The position numbers were made by a program, and so were the translations under genes. 64,000 nucleotides of DNA from the human T2T-CHM13v2.0 reference genome, Homo sapiens: assembly GCF_009914755.1 (NCBI RefSeq), contig NC_060927.1; one strand, written 5' to 3'. The first letter of the stretch is position 1, and the number at the start of each line of letters is the position of its first letter. Under the pieces are notes generated by a model, which saw only the letters and a list, made by a program, of their open reading frames with translations, had not been told where the DNA came from and did not search any database. This document shows, one piece after another, positions 31,760 to 44,365 of the stretch.

Positions 31760-32200
31760 TTCCTTGACTGTAAGCTCCTTGAGGTTAGGTAGTTTTTGTT
31801 CACCATTGGCTCTCTAGCCCTACCATGAACCCTGGCCTTAGGGCTCTTGCCATGCAGTCCCCACTGCTTTGAATGCTCTTTCCCCAGTTATTTCTCACTT
31901 CACCGAGAACCTTGCCTGCATATGACCAGCTCAGTCCTCCATCCTGTTTCACACAACCTTCTCTCCCAAATCCCCCCAACCTGCTTTATTTCATAGCGCT
32001 TATCTTCATCTGAAATTACCTCATATGTTTATCTTTTATTTTTTATTTTTGACTTATTTTTTGTTGCTTGTCTCCCCCTAGTAGAATGCAACCCCTTTGA
32101 GGGAAGTGATTTATCTGTGCTGTTCATTTCTGTAACCACAGTACCTAGAATAGGAGTTAGCCATGGCTGATGCTCAATAAATGTTTGTGAAATGAATAGA
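31760..32200 (+). mobile_element. L2 fragments
   Basis: gactgtaagctccttgagg and cagtacctagaatag...tgctcaataaatgtttgtgaaatgaat (L2 3' terminus). Confidence 0.7.
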
Positions 32201-33283
32201 GTCATTGTGTGAAAAGTGTTTTCTGTATGGAAAGAAGAAAGAAAGGATGAAAAAATAGAAAGAATAAAAGAAGGAAAAAATGAAAGAAGGAAGAAACAGA
32301 GGAAGGAAGAACTATACTCTTGGAAATCTCATGTAGCACCTCCTTACATTAAACTGGGGAAACTGTTAGGCCTATTTTAGAGCTTCTTCTTGTCCTTATT
32401 GTCTTTAAGAAAAAAAAAAAGACAATGAAAATGAATGGCCTGAGAGAGTCAGAAGACACTGATGTCAGTTCTGCTCTGCCATGGTGCCAAGTTCCTTAAA
32501 TAATGCACTCCTCTGGTTTAACAAGGGAACAAGGCCAGATGCTCTCTAACATTCCATTCAATGCTAAAATTCTATGATTTTGAACTTTTAATTTCAAAAT
32601 GTATTTGCTTACTGTCTCTCTATTGCCAGATCCTAAAATAATGATATTGAAGATACAGATTCAACTTTTAGGTAAAATAACTTAATTGAGAAATGCATAA
32701 TATTTAACTGCTTTAAATTTCATAAACATTTAGTAGCAAATATATTGATTTTATATATTTTCACATTCATGTGCAATATACGTGTTATACATACAATATA
32801 TTGTATTATATATCAAATATATACATAGTATCTATTAGAATACATATTTTTATTTTTAAATAATGAGCACAAAGAAATTGTGTTGTGTATGAAATATATA
32901 AAGGTCCTTGAAGATAAACTAAATTCATGTAATTCTTTCTCTCAAGTATATGTATTCAAATATCTGAACAAGTTTGAATTCTACAAAAGAAGGTCTCACC
33001 TCTCTCCTCAACCCTGTTGTGAAGTTTAATGTGATAAATTTAATGCATCTACTTAAACTTGATTCTCCATACAAGAATGTTTGCAACTTTTGATTGCCTT
33101 TTAGAGTCATCTTCTCTTGACCATCTATATTTAAATATTGATTAGGAAGCACAGGACATGAGACTAGGTTCTGGTTTTGACACCATCTTTCAATCAATTA
33201 TTTTTATCCTGGTATAATAAAAATAGCATTTTAAAAGAGTATACCTCCTTGAGATATTTTTATTTAGGTGATTTGTTTGTGTG

Positions 33284-33286
<3 letters not shown>

Positions 33287-33324
<38 letters not shown>
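33287..33324. repeat. (GT)19 microsatellite
   Basis: Directly visible. Confidence 0.97.
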
Positions 33325-33325
<1 letters not shown>

Positions 33326-34988
33326 AGGAAAGACAAGTTATATTGCAGAGGCAGTGAGAGCTTATTGAGCTACGAATGTGGTATGCAGAAGAAGTAAGTC
33401 ACAATTCACACAGGCACTCACACACTTACATAGGTACCTTAAATATCCCCATTGGACTGAAAAAGATAAATGCTGCCATTATCTTTATCTTTATTATTGG
33501 TAAACAAGGAGCTGACATTATCTATAAAAACCATATTCCTTAACTGTATTTTTATTGAGATTCATTGGTATAATTAAAACTTGAATGGACTGAAATATTT
33601 CAGGAACCTGCAGTGAACACTCTTTCCTTTATCTGAAAATGTAGTTTATTTCATCTGAAATTGTTTTCTATAATTTCCCTCTCCACCCATAAATGACCTT
33701 CTTTTTATACTCATGGATATACTCACTTATGAACCTGTAGACTATACACTTCACAGAAATAGGAGAAACCATAATGTTCTCCTGGCACTGAGGGAATATC
33801 AATGGTATTCTAAATGAGGAACTATTAACTTTTTATTACAATAATGATTTTTTAGTAATTTCCATAGTTTGAAATGTGGTTAGGATGCTACTGGCAGTTG
33901 AAAGCTGACAACATGATTGAATAGTTTTAACATGATCTGGTGTTTGTTACAGTGCTTTAAAATTTTAAATATTATCATTCATGTTATAATGTTATCCAGT
34001 GATAGTCAATTAGGCCAAATCAGTGGTAATTTAGTGTTATATCACAATTTATTTGGACTTGAGTTATAGATTGACCATTGCTTTGTGAGTTTTCTTAGCC
34101 ATTCTGTTTTTCTGTATCTAATGTAAAATAACATTTTTTCTCCTTTTTTATTTACCAGGATGGTTATTCTACTGTTTCTAACATTAAAGGATCATCCTTG
34201 TATTTCTTTGTATTCTGTCATGGAGTAAAAAACATGTCTCATCTCAGTTTCCTTTCTCTTTTGCTCCCAGAAGTCCCCCCTCCTCCAGTGTTGAAGTAGA
34301 AATATAATTTCCCCTTTTGCACCATAAGCAGGTTCAAAAGTCCTGTGTTTCACCATGTTGCTCCAAACAGCAAATTTTCTAACCCACATGAAAAAAGAAC
34401 ACTACAGTTCTAACTTGGAATTCTACAAGGGTTTGAGAACAATTGAAAATAAATTTCTACCACTAGGATTAGTCCTTAGTGGTTCGCAGGCATTCTAAGC
34501 AGAGGGGCATGGAAGCTAGCTAGGGCACCAACCTGCTAGCAGATGCAAAGTTTGCTCTACTAAGAAGTTAGGCCTTTAATATCACAGACAATGGGAGGCA
34601 AAATGAAGACATAAAAAGGCAAGTAGCAAGCAATTCAGTAGGCTAAGCCAGGGATTTGAGAGTCTCCCAAGGCTCCTCCCTTCCTCATTCCCTGCATGAG
34701 TCATTTTTCCAGTCTGTCCACACCCATTCACCCCTCCATCCCACACTCTCATTCACCCTCCAAGCTGCCGTCACAGGAACTTTCTGCAATACAAGTCCAG
34801 ACTCCATCTCTGGCCCTTGCTGCCTAAACTTTCCTAGTTCATTAGTTTTGGCAGTAAAGTTGAGACTCGTTAGATCAACACAGACCTACTTTTAGTGTCA
34901 TCTCCTGCCACTCTCCTGTACTACCCTACCCTCGCTTCTCACAGAAAGGCTGAGAAGGCTGGCAGACCCCTTGTATATACCCTGCTCC

Positions 34989-35113
34989 TTTCGTTTTCTT
35001 TGAGACAGGGTCTTTTAATGTCACCCAGGCTGGTCTCAAACTCCTGGCCTCAATCCTCCCTCCATGGCCTCCCAAAGTGCTGGGATTACAGGTGTGAGCC
35101 ATGCCATCCAGCC
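34989..35113 (-). mobile_element. FLAM_C Alu monomer within L2-like sequence
   Basis: gagacagggtc...cctcccaaagtgctgggattacagg; ccctgctc on both flanks. Confidence 0.85.
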
Positions 35114-36369
35114 TGCCCTGCTCTTTTCTCTTCTCCACCTGGACTCTACTCCCTTTTGATCTTGCCAACTTCTACACACCTTTCAAGGCACCAGTTAAAT
35201 GTAAATCCTCCAGGAACCCTTCCTTTGCCATCCTCAGAGCCCTCATTGGATTGCTTCCCACATACAGCACTTATCCCTTATGCAGAATTAATCGGTTTGT
35301 CTCTCACCTACTAGAGGCGTTATCCTTGAGTGTAGGGACTGTCTTATCCATTCTTGCATCACTGGCATAGTAGGCACTAAATGTAGTTGCTGAATGCTTA
35401 ATAAGAGGAATGGAAGTCTTCGTAGCTTGGGGTAGATACTAATGGGCAGATAGAAAGTTCCCATCCCTGTTCTCTGAGAAAGTGTCAGTGTTCTTTTAGT
35501 TTGCTTAAACTGTGTGGGTACTTGAGTCCTTTTAAACGATTAACGCTGGGAAGAGGCACCATTTAATTAATTAATTTGTTCTGGAAGGGATCAGTGTACA
35601 ATTTTAACTCAGTGCTTTGTGGATCTAGCTAAAGGTCAAGAACTAAAGTCGGCTATTAGTGCCTCTGGAAGATATTTCTGCACTTTAGCACCTTTCTGAT
35701 GTTTTTCCTTCACCTCGAGCTGGCCTCACTCTCTTCAACAAAACCGAACCTGCAGGAAGAATGTTGTACCATATCCAGCATTTTTGTCCCAACAAACATG
35801 GGACAAACGTTTTTCACTAGAATCATCCTTGAACAAGTTATCCGAATTCCTTACATTCAAAGGAAATCCTGCCCCCAGTCTCCAAAACTTCATCACATCA
35901 CAGACGTTCAGGATTCTTTCCATTCAAAGCAAAGCCAAGTTACATCTTATAGCACCCAGTGAATTATGATATGGGGCTGCGGTTTATTTGCTCTGGCGAC
36001 AATATGGCTTACTTGCCGTGGAATATCCCGGTATTTCAGAAGTAACATATTATTTTTAAAGAGGGAGCTTTGCTTTCTCTAAATCACATGGTGCAAAGTT
36101 GGGAATACAGTGGCCTGTAAATTACAAATATTATTTACAAACTAGAAGGAAAGCTGACATGTGTTTGTGCCTGTGTGACAGTTTCACTAAGGAATTCCAA
36201 AACTGTGGATAGCCTGTTACTTGAGAAAAATACACGGTGGCAGTCTTGCAGATGTTTTTCCCGCCTGTTAGCCCTCCAGGTTCAAAAACTGTTTGGTGCA
36301 TTTTAAGGCGGCAGTCTCACCAGATCGCAGGATTCTAGTCTAATTGGCTTCTAACCTTCAATCTAACCT

Positions 36370-37470
36370 TGCCGGCTTCCTTGCAAAGCCCGGTGCAAGG
36401 GCCTCTTTCAAAATGAACCCACTGGTGTGCCTAGCAGTCGGTAGAAGAAGCGGGAGGGCGTCCGGTCTGCACGCCCGCCGCGAGGTTACAATGCTGAACG
36501 CATGAGATGGAAGATACCAACGGGAGGCCGAGGGGATCCACGGCGCCCGCGCGGGCTCCGGCTTCCTCCTGCTCTCGGCGCCGCTGGGCGACCGCCCATG
36601 ACCCGCTCTTGCGGGCTCTGTCCGGTTGACAGGCGACCCTGTGGCCCGGGGAAGCGCGGGAGGGCGCCGGCGGAAAGTTGAAGAGCGTTTTTCTCGCCGC
36701 CGCGTGCATTAGGAGCTCGACGAGTCCGCCCTGGGCTTCCTGGTGGGGCTGGGCGGGCGGGGGAGGGGCCGCGCAGCAGCAGCGGAAGCCAGACCTCGGC
36801 GATAAGAGGCTGCACAGCGACATGCAACAGTCTTTTCACTGCAGCTGAATGAGTTGTGGCGCCCACAATGCTCCCATGACAAGGAGCTGACAAGTTCCAT
36901 TTTCCGTCGCGGGCATCTTGGAATCATGACTCCCACAATGCCTTGGGCACTTGGTCGACAGTGGGGCCGCCTCTGAAAAAAAAATGTGAGAGGTAAGTTT
37001 CCATTTTCACAGTTTCCCCGCGCCGCTTCATTGTTCGGACTCCGGCGGGTCTGCCCGTGGCTGAAGGAGGAAGTGCGAGGAGGTGCTCGCCGGCCGCGGT
37101 TCTCCCGGGCAGGGGCGGGCCGCTCGCGGTAGTTGGTTTCGCGTCCCTCAGCACCTCCTGCCCGGGGGAAGGCGGGAGGGTGAGCCGCAGCCGCTCCTGC
37201 GCCCTTCCCTGCCGCGGGCTCTGCGGACGCTGTCACGGCACAGCCCGCGCACGGCTTGGCAGCCCAGCGGGACCCAGGGAGAAACAGGGGGGCGAGAAGA
37301 GAAACAGGTGCGTGCAAGTGTACTCACAACTTAATGACCTTTGTCGGGGGAAGGTGTGAGTCCCTCTGAGTCGAGCGGCGCGCGGGTCTTCCCGGCGGCT
37401 CCCGCATCCCTGGCCCCGGGGCTGCCATCCCGCCCGGTTTTCATCTGGGCCAAATATGTGCACGCAAAGG
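36370..37470. promoter_or_regulatory. MBNL1: CpG island promoter
   Basis: Abrupt GC/CpG enrichment; Sp/KLF GC boxes 36751-36768; ETS core CGGAAG 36783-36788; E2F-type TTTCCCGC just upstream at 36257-36264. Confidence 0.93.
36780..36992 (+). other. MBNL1: Non-coding first exon (5' UTR); start approximate
   Basis: Consensus donor GAG|GTAAGT at 36993; ACAGCGACATGCAACAGTC...CTCTGAAAAAAAAATGTGAGAG recognised from memory as the MBNL1 mRNA leader. Confidence 0.8.
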
Positions 37471-37523
37471 TTAATTCTCTGCTTGCTACCCATAAATTAC
37501 GCATGACATGTTTAGCTGGGCTG

Positions 37524-37533
37524 CCTTATATGG
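37524..37533. promoter_or_regulatory. Perfect CArG box (SRF consensus)
   Basis: CCTTATATGG = CC(A/T)6GG; one-mismatch CCAAATATGT at 37450-37459. Confidence 0.6.
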
Positions 37534-39714
37534 AGAGTGCTGTATTTCAGGCCAGTTTGCCTTTTGCCAAGTTTACAGGGCGGAAGACGCCCTGTAGGAG
37601 AGGGCTGCCTCCTCCTTTTCTTCTTCTTCTTTTTTTTTTCATCGTTTTGTAGTGCGTCACTCAAAAACTGTAAGAAAAGTAAGTATAGAAGCTCTTTGGG
37701 TGGAGCCGCAGTTGGTTGAATTGCTTTCATGAAAGGTTGAAAAGAATGAAAAGTAGTTAGTACTTGGGTTCTGGTTTTTAGACAAAAGCAGGACAAATAT
37801 GTAGCCACCCCCCAACTTTTTTTTTTTTTTTTAAACGGAGCCGGAATCTGTTATTGGTAGTAATGTGTCATGTGAGAATACTTTGATTCCAGAGCCTGTA
37901 ACACGAGCAGGTATATGGTGGCGCTTATGCCTTCCCCTCGCACAGCACTTTACAACTACAGGGGTGTTGCTGCCAGAGTAATATTGTATTCTTAAGGCTC
38001 TCTGGGGCCGGGAGAGTATGCGGCTGTTGGGATTCTGGGGTGTATTTCCGTGGAGTATGTCTCCCCAGGATTAAAGTTAAGAAGCTGCCGGAAAGGTTGT
38101 TGCCGCTGACTTCACTTTGTGTGCCCACCAGCACAGGCACAAGTCATAGCAGATGGATGGCAAACTCTGCCATATACTCTGAGGAGTTTCTTAAATTAAT
38201 ACGCTAGGAGAGAAGTCATAATTAATGCTTTTAGACTTTCGAGCCCTCTGCAGCGTGCTTTGAAATACTACACCGGTGGACACTATGTCCCTTCCTCCTG
38301 GGTTTGAACACAGTGTCTGTTTATACACAGAGGGTGTTTAGTACCTAAGTATTCTATACCAGCACAAGAGAGCCACTCCACAGTTATCTCTCTGTGTGGA
38401 TTCCTAAGTGTGTTGGTGTTTCTCCTTGCTGTTGAGATAAAATATTATCACCCAGAGAGAAAATGAAAGTTCAACGACTGTAAAATTTATCCCAGGAATG
38501 TGCAGTTCAATACTTAGAATGTCTTAGATGTAGTTATAGATAGAGGCACTGAATAAGTTATTTTGTAGCCTGAGAATGCACATCGCTGTCACTTGTATCT
38601 TGCTTTCTTAAAGTTGGTGACAACTAAGGCTAAACTTCTTTAGAAAACCTAATGTTCTAGTTTTTATCTGTTTTGTGTATTTGCATGGGAGTTACTTTAT
38701 TATTATTATTATATTGTTAGGTCTTCTTTGAAAATGTAGGCATAGCTTTTTTAGTCTTATTTGTTTAATGGGGGGTTTCCTTGCTGAAGACTACAAAAGT
38801 TGCCTTTTGTGTTTTAAGGAACAGGTTGGGTCAGCAACAGAAAACCTGTTCATCTATAATTATAGTGTCACTTAAGACATAATAATCAGATTTCATTATT
38901 ACTAAGAGACTCAGAAAAACCTCACATATGCCTAGTTTAATTTTTTTCCTTATGTAACTGTGAACAAATTTGTGTGTAGATACACATCAAGTGTGGTACT
39001 CTGCGCAGTCATGCCAAAGAGAAACTGAAGTGTTATATGGTTTGAGATATTATTGCTTGTGTTTACATTTCCACATTTGAGGCAAAGTTAGACTCCAAGT
39101 TGAATTCATTAAATTTTGATTCCAACATTCTGTTCTTCCTTTGGGCACAGAATTCCTATGAAATGAAACACTGGGTTTTGTTCCAGAACAAGAACAGACT
39201 AACCCAAAATTTCTCCTGGGGGAAAAAAAAAGAGTAAAATTATATTTCTCATTGAAAATTGTATTTCTCATTGAGGAAGGGTGTGTTACTTTATTATATA
39301 AAATGCCTTATCTTCATTATAAGAAAAAAATGCCCTTGCATTTGTCACTGTTGCCATACATTAGGCCTGTATTTGATAGATCTATATGGAAACAGAGAAT
39401 AAATAATCTTGCTGCACCTTCTGGCTTTCTGCTTGGTGATAGATGTGCGGATTAGAGAACATCTCAGGTCTTGGTTAGGAGAAGCTGAAAAGAATAGGTG
39501 ATTGGGTTTTTAAAATTCTGTATGCAAAGGCATTAGGGTGGGTAGTAGATATGAGAGTCAAAAGAGTGGAGGAAAGAAGTGAAATAGGTTCACGAAGTGA
39601 TTGGCCCAAAATAAAATCCCATCAACCATATGGATCATAGAGAATGTGACATAGAAAGATTTTAAAGTGTATGGTTTTTTTAGGCCAAAAAGCTTCATAT
39701 GTTTGGAAATCTAG

Positions 39715-39935
39715 AATGTGCTGTCCAGTACAGTAGCCACATGTGGCTGTTGAGCACTTGAAATGTGTCTTGTCCAGATTGAGAAGTGTAAAATACTACC
39801 GGTTTTGAAAACTTTATATGAGGGGAAGAAAGTAAAACATCTGATTAATATTTTTATATTTATGATATGTTTTAATGATAATTTTTGATATATTGGTTCT
39901 AATAGAAGATCTTACTAGATTAACTTCACCTGTTT

Positions 39936-39973
<38 letters not shown>

Positions 39974-40038
39974 ATGGTGTCTAGAAAATATAACAAATGT
40001 GGCTAACATCGTATTTATTTTGGACAGTGTTGTTCTAG
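39715..40038. mobile_element. MER33-like hAT relic with internal (CT)n
   Basis: gtgctgtcca...tggacagtg inverted ends; gccacatgtggct...gagcacttgaaatgtg; (CT)n at ~39941-39970. Confidence 0.8.
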
Positions 40039-43000
40039 GATAAAGCAGGAAAACAATATTCTGGGAGAAAGCTTAAAGATTTTGCTGGTCAAAACAATAA
40101 AATTGGCTTATTTTATTATACATAGAAATACCTCGTCTTTCTTATCCATTGTAACCAAAATTTGAGAAAACACACCACCTAACATCTATTTTTATTTCCT
40201 CAAAGCTGCTATTTAGTTTAGAGATTTGATGGTGAGGTAGTAATAATAGAGAAAAACTTATAATTAGAGAATGAGTCTTAACACCTCTCAAAGGCCAAAA
40301 TAGAGTATGATTGTTACTTAGGAACATTTTAGAGACACTGTAGTTATCATTGTCCTGAAGTTACCAAACATAAACGAGTCACTAAAATTATTTTAAAATA
40401 GAGATTTTAGTAAATAGCAATTATCTTCAAATACTTAATATGTGTTTTCTTTTGCTAGAACTTTCTTTAGAAAGTTAAAAAAAAAAACCCATATCCAAAG
40501 TCCTGAGCAAATGTTAATAAAAGATTGCTGCATTCATAAGAATGAAAGATTTTTACCTGCAGATAGGAGGGTATTGTTTTGAATATTAGCAAAGGTGAAA
40601 ATGTGTTTCTAACGTAACATTATGGGCTCTGAAGAATTTCTATACATGGAGACACTGTCTTTATAATTTGAACACATTCTTGAGAAGGCATCTGACTGGT
40701 AAACAAAGCACAATGGCATAGGTCCTGGAAACATTCCTTTCAGATATTTTCATAACTGAAGTACATTTTGCCATTCACAGTGAGTGTTAAGCTGAAAAAA
40801 ATGTGGTTCTTTTCTAGCCATATAAAGTATGCTTACTATTATTTTCTCGAAGGATGCCAAAAAATGTAAAATGGATGTTGTGGATTCTTCGTGGGGAGGT
40901 TAGCTAGTTTGTATATAGAGCCTCAAGAAGAGTTGCCTCAGCTTGGTGCCATCTTGAGTCTGTCTTCCACTAGATGAGGCATAGCTTCCATTAGTGTCAG
41001 TGCGTGTGTGGAGGGTGAGGGGAAGAATGATCCCCATTAACTTTGTATATTGTTTCTGATGAGTCATGGAGCATATTCACTAATGGTTGGAGAATTATTG
41101 ATTGCAAGGCAGAGGATTCAAGAAGAGCTATTGGCATATGGCATTAACTGTCTCTAGACATATTTTTTATTTTTAAATTTGAGGTAGAGAAATCGGTTTT
41201 TACGTAGTGTTTTTCATATTATAAAAAATAAACGTTTATATAAGCATTACAGATACATCCTTGAGGAAAAAAATAGTAAATACATGGTTATAGTTTTCTA
41301 CATATTACCAGTTTTTTTCATAACAGATCCAGAACATCTCTTTCAGATAATCGTTCATGTTTTTAGAGAGGCATCTCATCATATGTGCCTGTGAAATCTG
41401 TAAAAATATGTGTAACACACATCTTGAAATATTTGTGTTAGGAGAATTAAGTCTTACACATTTGGTTCTTTTTCTACTGTTTTTGATTATGTTCTCTAGG
41501 TTACTATGATTATCTTTTGTTAAAACAGTTCAGGAAATATTAATCTCAAAACGAAATGTAGCCATATTGGACAGAGTAGAGAATTGCTTTTCCACAGAGA
41601 CCAGTTATTCCAAAAAGGTGAAGATGTTTCTGAAATAATATCATGCTCATATGCTCCAAAAGAAAAACCATCATCTCTTTTGACATTCTTTTAGGAAACT
41701 GAGAGATGTATGTTTTATATACCAAAAGAGGTGAATAATAGTTGATAAAGGTATGCAAAATACATACTCCTGTGAAGTGTGAACATACAATTTGTATGTA
41801 ACGCATGCATGAGCATATAACTTTCCCCAAGACAATGCCAATTTATTCAAATCACCTGAATGTTAAATAATATCATACTATTAAGAAGAATTGTGGTAAA
41901 TATGAAATCTAAATACCAGTGATGATGTCCATGCTGATGTCAACTCCATTCCAGTCCTGCTTTAGCTAAATTCACAAAATGAAGAGATGTCTTTCTCCAA
42001 AGTAGTTTTCCAAAAATTTGTATTTGACACTGGATTTTTTCCTACGTTTTCACTTTTAAAAGTTTAGAAGCTATTAACTAAAAATGAACTTGTTTTAGAG
42101 AGCTAAGAAGATTCTAGATTTATGGGGACATTTAGTTCTATGAAATAAGCATTACGTTGCTGACTTGAAATATTATTCTATCATATAAAGTTGATTTATA
42201 AGTGAATACATATTGTGAAAAAATACCACAGTAGACTTAGTGAAATCTACCAAACTTAATCAAGATAGATATACGTTGTCCTCAAAAAAATAAGAATCTG
42301 GTAGGGAAAATAAGAGCTTCGAAAATAACTATAAAGTAGAAAGTGATATTTAATAAACAATGGCTGGGTAACATGGTATGAAAGTTCAGATAAGGGAAAG
42401 TCTTAAGATAACTCTGACTTGACCCACATACATGTAATAAAGGGAACAGTCCTTAAATGCATAAATAATGGGAACAAAAGGTATTCAGTATTTTTCAGCC
42501 TTAGCAAAATATTATTCTGTTAACGCAGTATTCTATTCAGCAATGGTTCCATATTTTCCATATGTTTATAGATAACATTCAGATATCGAATTTTCATATA
42601 TGTTTTAATTCATTTATTTATTTCTTTTATCTAGGAGAAATATAATGGTTTCCAAATGTCCTATACTAGATTATTGATAGATTTTGTCATTAGTTTTACT
42701 ATTGAATACCATGAAATATCAGCTGTTGCAGCCACTAAATAGTTACAAACTGTTGGTACTACAGTTTACTAGTCAATCCATGGTTATATGCTTGTGCTAT
42801 GCTAAATATAAAGGATTCAAGATGAGGACTTAAGCAGTTCATATTTGTATTTAGAATATTATCAAAGATATTTTCTTAACTTGTCTCAGTATTAGAATTT
42901 ACAGCCCATTTTCAGCTTATTGTATCCAGAAATTTCAATCATATCCAATAATTTATCAGCATTTGTTGATGACAGTAAAAGTGACACATTAGCATTTTAT

Positions 43001-43328
43001 TTGTTTCTGTGTTGTTTGATTACAACAGTGACATTTTAGCACTCTTTGTGGACGGATAACTCTTCTAGTAGAAAGAAAGCAGGAGGGTGGTCAAGCTAAG
43101 TGACAGATACAAAGAGTTGGAGGACATAGGGCTTTCTGTGGGTAAGAAATGGATGAGAAAAGCTTTATGTCACTGACTAGGCTTGCAATTCAGTATTCCC
43201 CTATCAAAGGCCCCCTTACTGATGTTTCTGTTTACCAGATCTTGGTTTCAAGATGCCAGGTTCTGAAGAGATACACCACGAGTTCTTATAAACACTATAT
43301 CTAAATTTGGTTTGAAAGTCTAATGTTT

Positions 43329-43642
<314 letters not shown>

Positions 43643-44129
43643 TTATACCAGGCAGGTAGAAAAACAAAAACGGACCTCATTAGAGGATACATGAGGTTTC
43701 TAAAAGTGGAACTCCTTTGTAAATGTAAGAAGTGATATCAATATTATTATTATTTTAATATACTTATTTTGAAGTAACTAAGTTTTTTTATTTCTTGAAA
43801 GAAACAATAGATTGGGGAAAAACCATTTACTCTTTTCATGCCCTAGTTTCTAAATCTGTGACATTATAAAGGTGTAAATATTTATGAAAATAGTAGAAGT
43901 TGCCACTGGCTGTATTCTTTTAAGTAAGGTATCTCATTTAATCTTTTCTACTGTAAAGTAGCCGTAAAGTAATAAGACTTTTACCTTAAAGATCATGACT
44001 AGAACAATTTTTTCATTTGCGGAGATATGAGGCTTGTCATTTTTATTATTCCAATGTTCATGTTTTTAACCAATTTTTCTTGTCTTGCCTCCACTGATTA
44101 TATATAAAGAATAGCGATGAGAATATAGC

Positions 44130-44365
44130 TGTAATTATGATTACTAACATCTTTGAATACTTTCTGTGTGCTAAGCTAAGGTTTATAATTAATTCATTTA
44201 TTCCTCAGAACAACCCTATGGTATAGGTACTGTTAATATTCTGATTTTACAGATAGGGGAACTGAAGCACAGACAAGTCCAATTAATTGTGCAAAGGTAC
44301 TTAATTAATAAGTAGCACAATAAGGAGTTGAACCAAGGTAGCCCAGCTTTAGAATCCATGCTCCT
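44130..44365 (-). mobile_element. MIR
   Basis: aacaaccctatg...attttacagat...gaactgaagcacaga. Confidence 0.8.

Larger units (their letters stand above)
30500..37510 (-). ncRNA. MBNL1-AS1: Antisense lncRNA overlapping the CpG-island leader exon (boundaries approximate)
   Basis: Existence recalled from knowledge of the locus. Sequence support: minus-strand donor GTGAGT (37327-37322), acceptor T9-CAG (36984-36973) and minus-strand AATAAA candidates at 30781 and 30802. The ends cannot be fixed from sequence alone. Confidence 0.5.

Noticed and set aside
33287-33324. (GT)19 as a Z-DNA regulator
   Set aside because: Very common repeat class, 3.5 kb from the promoter, with nothing specific to support function
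36773-36784. CAG/CTG repeat at the MBNL1 promoter
   Set aside because: Only three units; too short to be meaningful
36431-37652. Overlapping 76-202 aa ORFs in the CpG island
   Set aside because: Ala/Arg/Pro/Gly-rich, open in several frames on both strands and without recognisable domains, as expected from stop-codon scarcity in GC-rich DNA. An antisense micropeptide (ATG at 36823) cannot be excluded without Ribo-seq
39236-39273. 19-bp tandem duplication with one mismatch
   Set aside because: Ordinary local duplication with no functional cue
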